From contig JBJEQB010000006.1 in the NCBI GenBank assembly GCA_051881535.1, positions 2,514-66,513 of the forward strand: a stretch of 64,000 bases of DNA, given 5' to 3'. The notes beneath the pieces are model-generated. The model did not search any database and was not told the origin of the DNA. It was given only the letters and a program-made list of their open reading frames with translations. The first letter of the stretch is position 1, and every line of letters begins with the position of its first letter. Positions 11,377 through 19,612 of this stretch are shown one piece after another. A program made the translations under genes and the position numbers. Origin of the DNA: Acutalibacteraceae bacterium (GTDB lineage: Bacteria; Bacillota; Clostridia; Oscillospirales; Acutalibacteraceae).

Positions 11377-13302
11377 TTAATCAAGTTCAAACTGTCCGGT
11401 ATAAAGCTGATAGTATTTGCCTTGCTGAGCGATAAGGTCGTCATGGCTGCCGCGCTCGATTATTTCGCCGTGTTCAAGCACCATAATGGCGTCGGAATTC
11501 CTTACGGTTGAGAGCCTGTGAGCGATAACAAATACCGTTCTGCCCTCCATAAGCTTATCCATTCCCTTTTCGATAAGGCGCTCCGTGCGCGTATCTATTG
11601 AGCTTGTGGCTTCGTCAAGAATAAGCACGGGCGGGTCGGCAACTGCGGCTCTTGCAATCGCAAGAAGCTGTCTTTGACCCTGGGAAAGATTTGCGCCGTC
11701 GCCCGTTATCATCGTGTTGTAGCCGTCGGGCAGGCGGGTAATAAAGGAATCGGCGTTGGCAAGCTTTGCGGCGGCTACAATTTCTTCGTCCGTTGCGTCA
11801 AGTCTGCCGTAAGCGATATTGTCCCTGACAGTTCCGGTGAAAAGGTGAGTATCCTGCAAAACCATAGCCATTGAGCGGCGCAGCTCGGATTTCTTTATCT
11901 TTTTGATGTTAATGCCGTCATAGGTAATCTTTCCTTGGTCAACATCGTAAAAGCGGTTTATAAGGTTTGTAATCGTTGTTTTGCCTGCGCCCGTTGAGCC
12001 GACAAAGGCAATTTTCTGCCCGGGCATGGCGTAGAGCGAAACATTCTTGAGAACATCCTTTTTGCCGTCATAGCTGAATGTAACATCGTGGAAGCGCACA
12101 TCACCCTTCCATTCCGTGTAGGTCAGCGTGCCGTCATGATGCGGATGCTTCCACGCCCACATACCCGTTCTCTCGGAACATTCCGCAATGCTGCCGTCGG
12201 GCAGCTTCTTGGCATTGACGAGGGTAACATAGCCGTCATCTTCTTCGGCGGGCGTGTCAATGATTTCAAAAATTCTTTCCGCACCCGCAAGCGCAACAAG
12301 AATATTGTTAAACTGCTGTGAAATCTGAGTTATCGGCTGGAAGAACTGACGCGTGTAGGTCAGGAAAGAAACCAGCGTGCCCACGGTGATTGCGAAAAAT
12401 GAGCCTGCGGGCAGCGCAATTATCAGCGCAGAGCCGACGGTTGCAACTGCGGCATAGTTAATGTAAGAAAGGTTGCCCATTATAGGCATCAGGATGCTTG
12501 CATAGGTGTTGGCGTTTGTGGCGGCATGGCGCAGATTTTCGTTAAGCGCTTTAAAATCCGCCTTTGCCTTGTCTTCATGGCAAAATACCTTAACAACCTT
12601 TTGCCCCTCGATGAATTCCTCAACATAGCCGTTGACCTCGCCCACGCATTTTTGCTGAGCGCGGAAATACTTTGCGCTGCGTGTGCCGAGAAAACGGATA
12701 ACTCCGAAAGCGACAACAAGCACAAGAATTACAAGCGCGGTCAGTATGGGGCTGAGATAAAGCATCATTGAAAAGGTTCCGATAACCGTTACGGCAGAGG
12801 AAACAAGCTGCACAAAGCTTTGGCTGATACATTCTCTGAGCGTGTCAACATCGTTTGTGTAGCGGCTCATAAGCTCGCCATGAGTGTGAGTGTCAAAAAA
12901 CTTTATCGGCAAATCCTGCATATGATTGAAAAGGTCTTTGCGGATTATATTCAGAGTTTTTTGAGAAACCTGAAGCATTATTCTTGAATAGCTGTATGAT
13001 GCGGCAACGCCGAGCAAATAAATGCAGGCGAGCTTTATCAGAGTTTTTGCAAGCGGCATCAGAGTGTCTTTTGTAAGCTCCGAGCCGATAAGAGGCAGCA
13101 GAATGTCATCGGTTATTCCTTTCAGGAAATATGTGCCCGCAATGCCTGCAACGGCGCTGATTGCAACAAAGAGGAAAACTGCCGCAAGCAGAGCTTTTGA
13201 ACGCCCGAGATATCCGATTAGTCTCATAAATGTTTGTTTAGTGTTTCTGGGCTTGGCATGACCCTTTGACGGTCTGCCGCCCGGTCCTCCCGGTCCCGGC
13301 AT
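11377..13302 (-). CDS. Heterodimeric ABC exporter subunit (consensus site)
   Basis: TMD plus NBD; GSTGAGKTT, LSQGQ, ILDEATS, H-loop IAHR. Confidence 0.93.
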   Translation of the reverse strand: MPGPGGPGGRPSKGHAKPRNTKQTFMRLIGYLGRSKALLAAVFLFVAISAVAGIAGTYFLKGITDDILLPLIGSELTKDTLMPLAKTLIKLACIYLLGVAASYSYSRIMLQVSQKTLNIIRKDLFNHMQDLPIKFFDTHTHGELMSRYTNDVDTLRECISQSFVQLVSSAVTVIGTFSMMLYLSPILTALVILVLVVAFGVIRFLGTRSAKYFRAQQKCVGEVNGYVEEFIEGQKVVKVFCHEDKAKADFKALNENLRHAATNANTYASILMPIMGNLSYINYAAVATVGSALIIALPAGSFFAITVGTLVSFLTYTRQFFQPITQISQQFNNILVALAGAERIFEIIDTPAEEDDGYVTLVNAKKLPDGSIAECSERTGMWAWKHPHHDGTLTYTEWKGDVRFHDVTFSYDGKKDVLKNVSLYAMPGQKIAFVGSTGAGKTTITNLINRFYDVDQGKITYDGINIKKIKKSELRRSMAMVLQDTHLFTGTVRDNIAYGRLDATDEEIVAAAKLANADSFITRLPDGYNTMITGDGANLSQGQRQLLAIARAAVADPPVLILDEATSSIDTRTERLIEKGMDKLMEGRTVFVIAHRLSTVRNSDAIMVLEHGEIIERGSHDDLIAQQGKYYQLYTGQFELD

Positions 13303-15035
13303 TATGCAGCACTCCCTTCTTGCTGAGATTTGTAAACTTCGGTGTATATTTCGTTGGTGCCGAGCAGCTCCTCGTGAGTGCCTACGGCGTTAATCTCACC
13401 GTCGTCAAGAACGATTATTTTGTCAGCGTGCTCAACGGAGCTTATGCGCTGAGCAACGATAATTGTTGTGATATCGCCGTGGCAGCGTTTGAAGCCTTCG
13501 CGGATTTTAGCGTCGGTTGCGGTGTCAACGGCGCTCGTGCTGTCGTCAAGAATAAGCACCTTGGGTGATTTAAGCAAGGCTCTTGCAATGCAAAGCCTTT
13601 GTTTCTGACCGCCCGAAAGGTTTACGCCGCCTTGCCCGAGATCGGTCTGATAGCCGTCGGGGAAAGAGGTGATAAATTCGTGAGCCTGAGCAACCTTGCA
13701 GGCATTTTCTATTTCCTCGGCTGTAGCGTCGGGATTACCCCAGCGCAGGTTATCCTCAATCGTGCCGGAAAACAGCAGGTTGACCTGGAGCACCATGGCA
13801 ACGGAATCACGCAGATTTTTCAGCGTGTAATCCGAAACGGGTCTGCCGCCGACCTTGACAACGCCCTCGGTTACATCATAGAGGCGGGGAATCATCTGCA
13901 CAAGCGTGGTTTTGGCAGATCCCGTGCCGCCGATAATTCCTATTGTTTCGCCCGATTTAATGTGAAGATTTATATTGTTGATAACATTCTTTTTGCCCGT
14001 CTTTTTGTATTTGAAGCAGACATTTTCCATATCGATATCGCCGTTTTCAACTTTAAGAGAGGGATCTGCTTCGGCGTCGCTGATATCGGGCGTCTCTTTA
14101 AGAACTTCAACAACACGCATCATCGAGGCACGCGACATAACAGCCATAACGAAAATCATGGATATCATCATAAGCGACATCAAAATCTGATTGACATATG
14201 TTATGAATGCTGTCAGCTCGCCCGTTTCCATTGTGCCGCCGATGACAAGCTTTCCGCCGAACCACAGAACGGCTATTATGCAGCAATAAACTGCAAGCTG
14301 CATAAAGGGATTTGAAAGAATGATAAGCTTTTCTGCGGCGATGGAAGCGTTTTTCAAATCGTCGTTGGAAATTTTGAATTTTTCTTTTTCGTGGGTGGCG
14401 CGGACAAACGCTTTGATTACTCTCATTCCGATAAGGTTTTCCTGAACCGAGGAGTTCAGCGCGTCAACCTTTGAGAGCATTCTTTTAAATCTCGGCATGG
14501 CAAATGTGCCCATAAAGATTACGAAAGCAACGATTATCGGCGCGGCAACCGCAAATATAAGAGCGAGCCGAGCGTTTATCTTAATTGAATAATAGAACGC
14601 CATGGCAAACATCAGCGGTGCTCTGACAAAGATGCGGATTATCATTGTGTAAGCCATCTGAACGGTGTTGACATCGGTTGTCATTCGGGTTATCAGAGAT
14701 GGAGTGCTGAATTTATCAATGTTGGCAAAGGAAAAATCCTGAATTTTGCCGAAAACGGCTTCTCTGATGTTAGCGCCGAAGCCCATGCCTGCTTTTGCGG
14801 CAAATCTTGCGGCACCCGCTCCGCTCAAAAGTGAAATTATTGACATACATATCATTTTTAATCCCGCATTGAGGATAAACGGCATACCTGCGCCGCCTAT
14901 AATTCCTTCGTCAACCATTGTTGCCATGGTGAGAGGTATCTGAACCTCCATAAGGACTTCAACGAGGATAAGCAGGGGCGAGAGAATTGAAGCGAGCCGA
15001 TAGCCCTTGGTTTCCCGCGCGAAAAGTTTAATCAT
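13302..15035 (-). CDS. Heterodimeric ABC exporter subunit (degenerate site)
   Basis: TMD plus NBD; GGTGSAKT, LSGGQ, ILDDSTS (D for catalytic E), AQR (Q for H). Start chosen by RBS and overlap with the marR stop. Confidence 0.93.
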   Translation of the reverse strand: MIKLFARETKGYRLASILSPLLILVEVLMEVQIPLTMATMVDEGIIGGAGMPFILNAGLKMICMSIISLLSGAGAARFAAKAGMGFGANIREAVFGKIQDFSFANIDKFSTPSLITRMTTDVNTVQMAYTMIIRIFVRAPLMFAMAFYYSIKINARLALIFAVAAPIIVAFVIFMGTFAMPRFKRMLSKVDALNSSVQENLIGMRVIKAFVRATHEKEKFKISNDDLKNASIAAEKLIILSNPFMQLAVYCCIIAVLWFGGKLVIGGTMETGELTAFITYVNQILMSLMMISMIFVMAVMSRASMMRVVEVLKETPDISDAEADPSLKVENGDIDMENVCFKYKKTGKKNVINNINLHIKSGETIGIIGGTGSAKTTLVQMIPRLYDVTEGVVKVGGRPVSDYTLKNLRDSVAMVLQVNLLFSGTIEDNLRWGNPDATAEEIENACKVAQAHEFITSFPDGYQTDLGQGGVNLSGGQKQRLCIARALLKSPKVLILDDSTSAVDTATDAKIREGFKRCHGDITTIIVAQRISSVEHADKIIVLDDGEINAVGTHEELLGTNEIYTEVYKSQQEGSAA

Positions 15036-15528
15036 TTTTATCATCTCCGTTTCTGCTGTCAGCATTTTTAATAAAGTCCATTGCTTCTTTTTCGCTCACG
15101 CCGTCACCCGAAAGATTGGCGGCAACCCGCGCGAGCATATCGGAAAAAGCTTTGATTTCTTCGGGAGCAAAGCCTGCAAACATAACGGCGTCAACCTTAT
15201 CGCACTCCGCTCTGCCGGCAAAGAATATATCTCTGCCCTGAGAAGTGACACTTATGTGGTTGATTCGTCGGTCATTTTCATCGGGCGTTCTTTCAATATA
15301 GCCCGCCTTGCTCATTCGCTTCAGGCTTGTTGCTATTGATGCAGGGGAAATCCCGAGAGAATCCGCAAGCTCCTTCTGTGAGCAGTCACCGTGCGAGAGC
15401 AGGTAACTGAGAATATCCGGCTGACCGCGGTAAATATTCATTCCCGAAAGTGCTTTGATTATCCGATATCGGTGAAGCAGAGATACGCTTCGCAGGTTTT
15501 GCACGGCGGAGCGGTATAATTCTTCCAT
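15028..15528 (-). CDS. MarR-family transcriptional regulator
   Basis: SQKELADSLGISPASIATSLKRM...GYIER..DE.DRR...IS.T..G winged helix. Confidence 0.92.
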   Translation of the reverse strand: MEELYRSAVQNLRSVSLLHRYRIIKALSGMNIYRGQPDILSYLLSHGDCSQKELADSLGISPASIATSLKRMSKAGYIERTPDENDRRINHISVTSQGRDIFFAGRAECDKVDAVMFAGFAPEEIKAFSDMLARVAANLSGDGVSEKEAMDFIKNADSRNGDDKND

Positions 15529-15550
15529 AAAAAACACCTTTCGTCAAATT

Positions 15551-15616
15551 ATTAAGCGATTAACAATTAACCGATTAACTATTCCGTATTTTAAAACCTC
15601 CCGGCAAATATGTCAA
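15551..15616 (-). promoter_or_regulatory. SigA promoter plus candidate MarR operator
   Basis: TTGACA (15616-15611), 17 nt, TAAAAT (15593-15588); two TTAA-N4-TTAA units at 15552-15563 and 15567-15578. Confidence 0.75.
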
Positions 15617-15664
15617 GAGGTTTTGAGTTGAATTTCGCCGTAAAATTGTAAATAATTTGTTAAG

Positions 15665-16357
15665 TCATCTCTGAACCTCGCCCGTGATGGCGTTTATAAC
15701 ATTCTGAAAAACGGCAACATGGGAGTTGGAGATATATTTATCAAGATGCATTGAGCCGAAAAACCAGCGTCTGAATCGGCACGCCTCGGAAAGCTCCTCA
15801 AGATATGTGTTAAGCCCCGTAACGCTTGCCGTTTCGCTGTCTTTGAGCTTCAAAAAGCTCTTTATTTTAACGGGAGGCTCATGGGTGATAACATAGTCCA
15901 CGCGGCAGTTGAGTTTTTCAAGATTTGCCGCGCCTTCAAGCAGCTCCTCGCGGCTCGGGAATTCATATTTTGACCAGGCGTTTTCTTCAAACCTGATGTC
16001 AATATCGGGGCTTTCGCCGCCGCCCATGGTGAAAAAGGTCATATTGTCAAGTCTGAAAATCTGACCGCGCATCATATGATAAAGATTGCCGCATATGTGG
16101 TGAACCTTGCCGCCGTTCCAGGAGGTAACGGGGTAGGCGTTGAGCAGCTCAAAATTTTCGTGAGTGCCGTCAATGAAGCAGATATTGAATTTTTTGTTGC
16201 CGAGCTTTTTGAGCGTCTTTTGCTCAATTTTGCTGTTATCCCAAACAAAGCCGAAGTCGCCGCAGATGATGAGCGTGTCGCCCTTTTTCAGTTGTTTTAT
16301 TGCGGGCGAATCAAAACGGGAGATATCTCCGTGCATATCGCCGGTTACATATACCAT
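15665..16357 (-). CDS. Calcineurin-like metallophosphoesterase
   Basis: GDMHG, CGD, DGTHE, THEP motifs. Confidence 0.85.
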   Translation of the reverse strand: MVYVTGDMHGDISRFDSPAIKQLKKGDTLIICGDFGFVWDNSKIEQKTLKKLGNKKFNICFIDGTHENFELLNAYPVTSWNGGKVHHICGNLYHMMRGQIFRLDNMTFFTMGGGESPDIDIRFEENAWSKYEFPSREELLEGAANLEKLNCRVDYVITHEPPVKIKSFLKLKDSETASVTGLNTYLEELSEACRFRRWFFGSMHLDKYISNSHVAVFQNVINAITGEVQR

Positions 16358-16558
16358 TTATGAAAGCTCCTTTTGTAATCAATGGTTGCGTTTGCAGATA
16401 ATCCAATTAACTATAACCCAAAAAAGCCGAAAAATCAAGGGCAATAATGTTAATTTAATCATTTATTTAAAAATCATTGTTTCCACTTTATTTTTTCTGT
16501 TGTTTATGATATAATCAAAAAATGCATTGTGCAAAAATTATTTTAACGGTGTTGTGAT

Positions 16559-17929
16559 ATGAGAAAGATTTTAAGTATATTATTGATAACGGCGGTTGTT
16601 TGCGGAGCGTTTGTTTTTCCTGTGAATGCGGCATATGACGAAGAAATGAAGGAGCTCGGGCTTTATTCGGACTGCGTTTTGCTTATGAGCGCCGATAATT
16701 CCGAGGTCATTTTTGAAAAGAATTCGGGCAAGCAGAGCCACCCCGCAAGCCTTACAAAGGTGGTAACTGCTATCGTTGTGCTTGAAAACTGCTCTGACCT
16801 TGACACGGTTGTAACAGTTCCCGAATCGTGCATAAGAGAGCTTGACGGCACGGGAAGCTCCTTGGGCGGCTTGCAGGCGGGCGAACAGCTCAGCGTTTAT
16901 GATTTGCTTTGCTGTCTGCTGCTCCAGAGCGCCAACGAAGCGGCTACAACGCTTGCGGATTTTATATCCGGAGGCGACAGGGCGAAGTTTGTTTCAATGA
17001 TGAATGAAACCGCCGCAAGGCTTGGCTGTGACAACAGCAATTTCGTCAATCCCCACGGACTTGATGATGAAAACCAATATGTCACCGCGCGCGATATGGC
17101 TGTTTTTATGCTTCATGCCATGGAATTCCCCGCCTTTGCGGAGATTGTGGCGAGAGAGTCTTATACCCTGCCGGAAACAAATATGCAGAAGGAGCGCACC
17201 ATTCATACCACCAATTTTATGATTAACAGCGCTTATAAGGATTATTACTGCAAATATGTCAAGGGCGGCAAAACGGGCTCAACCTCCGTTGCGGGTCGCT
17301 GTGTTGTTGCCGTTGCTTCAAAGGACGGCTATAACTATGTGGGCGTTGCACTCAACTCCACATTCAGCGATGTTGATAATGACGGCGTTAACGAAAACGG
17401 CGCATTTCTTGACTGCAAGGAAATGTTTGAATGGGCGTTTAAAAACATTGAGCTTGTAGCAATATCCGACACAACCAAAATAGTCGGTCAGGTGCCCATA
17501 AAATATGCCAAATCGACCGATTACATAACGCTTTCGCCTGCCGAAACCGTTTACAGCCTTGTGCCTGCGGGAACCGATTCGGGCAGTCTGCTCATTGAGC
17601 CTATCAAAGATACCGTTCCCGAATTTGTCAAAGCACCCGTCAAAAAGGGTCAGGTTATATGCAGGGGGCGCGTGCTTTATGCCGGCGAAACGATAAGGGA
17701 GATTGACCTTGTTGCAAGCATGGACGCCAAAAGAAGCGTTTTTGCATTCATAGGCACGCTTGCAAAAAGTCTTTTTTCATCGTGGATATTCAAAATCGTT
17801 GCCGCGGCGGTAATAATAGCATTGGTTGTTATGATTATTATAAGGCGAAAGAAAAATAAGACGAAAGCCGCGGAAAGCCGCGATTACCGAATACTCAACT
17901 ATAATGACTTTATGAAACTGAAGAAATAA
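16559..17929 (+). CDS. D-alanyl-D-alanine carboxypeptidase (peptidase S11)
   Basis: Signal peptide; ASLTK (SxxK), SAN, KTG; C-terminal TM and basic tail. Confidence 0.92.
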   Translation: MRKILSILLITAVVCGAFVFPVNAAYDEEMKELGLYSDCVLLMSADNSEVIFEKNSGKQSHPASLTKVVTAIVVLENCSDLDTVVTVPESCIRELDGTGSSLGGLQAGEQLSVYDLLCCLLLQSANEAATTLADFISGGDRAKFVSMMNETAARLGCDNSNFVNPHGLDDENQYVTARDMAVFMLHAMEFPAFAEIVARESYTLPETNMQKERTIHTTNFMINSAYKDYYCKYVKGGKTGSTSVAGRCVVAVASKDGYNYVGVALNSTFSDVDNDGVNENGAFLDCKEMFEWAFKNIELVAISDTTKIVGQVPIKYAKSTDYITLSPAETVYSLVPAGTDSGSLLIEPIKDTVPEFVKAPVKKGQVICRGRVLYAGETIREIDLVASMDAKRSVFAFIGTLAKSLFSSWIFKIVAAAVIIALVVMIIIRRKKNKTKAAESRDYRILNYNDFMKLKK

Positions 17930-17941
17930 GGAGGATACAAG

Positions 17942-19105
17942 GTGAGTTTATACAAAGGCAGATGTAAAAAAGAAGATACAAAGCAGCTTCTTGATATGCT
18001 TGACGATGTGTTTTTTGCCGAGGACGGCGGAGAACCTGAAATCAGATTTTTAGAGCTGCTGCCGAAGCTTTATAAAGATGAATATGAGCCTGCATATAAC
18101 AATGTAATCGTTTCGGAGGACGGAGTTATAAAGGCGGCTGTCGGCTGCTATCCCATGGAAGTCAGAGCGGCGGGCAGGCAGCTTAAAGTTCTCGGTATAG
18201 GCAATGTTGCCGTTGCCAAGGATTCGCGCCGCAAGGGATATATGATTGACTGCATGAATATGGCAATCGATATGATGAAAGACGGGGATTACGATTATTC
18301 GGTTCTCGGCGGTCAGAGGCAGAGATATTCCCATTTCGGCTATGAGCCGTCGGGTTGTTTATACAGGTTTATTGTTGATTCCGAAAATATAAAACGCCTG
18401 CTCGGCGAGAACGCTTCGCCCGCCTTTGAGGCACGCGAAATCACTCCCGATGACGGAGAGATCATTAAGAAAATCAAGGCACTCAACGAAAGTCTGCCTT
18501 ATTATACCGTCAGAAGTGAGGCGGCTTATCTCGACATTCTTAAAAACTGGCAGAGCGTTCCCTATGCCGTTTTCGGCAGCGGTGAATTCAAGGGATATTT
18601 CTGCGTTGATAAGAACGGCGCAATTCAGGAGCTTAAAGCGAAAAACTCCGAGGATTTGCTTGAAATCATAATGTGCGTTTTGCAGATTACGGGCAAAAGC
18701 TCCGTCTCTCTGCCCGTTCCCGTCTGTGAAACCGAGGAATGTGCTTATCTTGCAAAAATCAGCGAAAGCTCGTCAGTCGCTATGTTTGAAAGGCTGAATA
18801 TACTCAATTACGGCAGGTTTATTGAGGCTTTTCTTGCGGTCAAGGCGCAGAGGGTAAATCTCTGCCCGGGAACGGTGAAAATGCTTATTCACGGCTTCAA
18901 GCGCGACGAAACAGTGGCGGTCACGGTTGACGGCAAAACCGTCAGGGTATCGGAAACTCGGGATGAGCCCGATATAGAGCTGAGCCACTATGAAGCGATA
19001 AATTTGCTCACGGGTATTTACTCAAAAGAAAAGCTTTCCCTGCCCGCCTTTGCCCAAGGCTGGTTCCCGCTTGATTATTATGCCTGCGGCCCGGATAATG
19101 TATAA
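17942..19105 (+). CDS. GNAT acetyltransferase, Eis-like
   Basis: IGNVAVAKDSRRKGYM acetyl-CoA motif, RYSHFGYE; 387 aa; GTG start. Confidence 0.8.
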   Translation: MSLYKGRCKKEDTKQLLDMLDDVFFAEDGGEPEIRFLELLPKLYKDEYEPAYNNVIVSEDGVIKAAVGCYPMEVRAAGRQLKVLGIGNVAVAKDSRRKGYMIDCMNMAIDMMKDGDYDYSVLGGQRQRYSHFGYEPSGCLYRFIVDSENIKRLLGENASPAFEAREITPDDGEIIKKIKALNESLPYYTVRSEAAYLDILKNWQSVPYAVFGSGEFKGYFCVDKNGAIQELKAKNSEDLLEIIMCVLQITGKSSVSLPVPVCETEECAYLAKISESSSVAMFERLNILNYGRFIEAFLAVKAQRVNLCPGTVKMLIHGFKRDETVAVTVDGKTVRVSETRDEPDIELSHYEAINLLTGIYSKEKLSLPAFAQGWFPLDYYACGPDNV

Positions 19106-19245
19106 ATTAAAAGCAGAATCGGGGACTGTCGCAATAAGATGAAGAAGCCGTTTTCTTCCGACGACGGCGTATCAAGATACTCCGAGTCGGGAAAAACGGC
19201 TAAAAAGAAACATAAAAAATTGATATTAACTTTAAATACAATGTT

Positions 19246-19287
19246 AAAATGGCTTGTATCGGTTGAATTTCCAATACAAGCCATTTT
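19246..19287. terminator. Bidirectional terminator between the GNAT gene and argS
   Basis: AAAATGGCTTGTAT / ATACAAGCCATTTT perfect 14-bp inverted repeat. Confidence 0.75.
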
Positions 19288-19317
19288 CTATTATATTCGT
19301 TTCTTTTGGTCTTCGCT

Positions 19318-19596
19318 TAGGGTAACGATAATAATCCGAACCCGTCAAAAATGCAGTATTAAAGCGATATTTGTCGCTTTCGCTGTTGCCTTGCGTCAGC
19401 AAGGCTGCCATCTCAAGACAACAAATCTCATCTTTACTCCAAGCATTTTTGATGCTTTGCAGTTTATCGTGTGCAGATTTGGTCTTAATCGAGGCATAAA
19501 ACGCAGTTAATCCTTTCGGATTAACGAGTATTTTAACGAAGAGTAAGGGCAAATCCGCCACGAGAAACCGTGGTTAGGATTATTATCGTTACCCTA
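19318..19596. mobile_element. Inner MITE (275 bp) with 18-bp TIRs and a TA target duplication
   Basis: TA-GGGTAACGATAATAATCC ... GGATTATTATCGTTACCC-TA perfect inverted repeat; no transposase. Confidence 0.75.
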
Positions 19597-19612
19597 GTGC
19601 GACAGTCCGGTA

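Larger units (their letters stand above)
19123..19608. mobile_element. Outer MITE-like element with an interrupted right TIR
   Basis: GGACTGTCGCA (19123-19133) and its reverse complement (19598-19608); the match extends to about 22 bp once the inner insert is removed; internal palindrome at 19146-19201. Confidence 0.55.

Noticed and set aside
19139-19561. ORFs 19139-19510 (+) and 19244-19561 (-) as a transposase or toxin
   Set aside because: No DDE, HUH or HTH motifs; both cross TIR and terminator boundaries.
19338-19576. Group I intron or retron msr-msd
   Set aside because: No convincing P7 R/S elements, no interrupted host gene and no reverse transcriptase in the window.
19545-19596. Resemblance to a c-di-GMP-I riboswitch (GGCAAA) or pistol ribozyme (CGTGGTTAGG...CCCTA)
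   Set aside because: GACGCAAA is absent, and the CCACG partner lies upstream rather than downstream as pistol topology needs.
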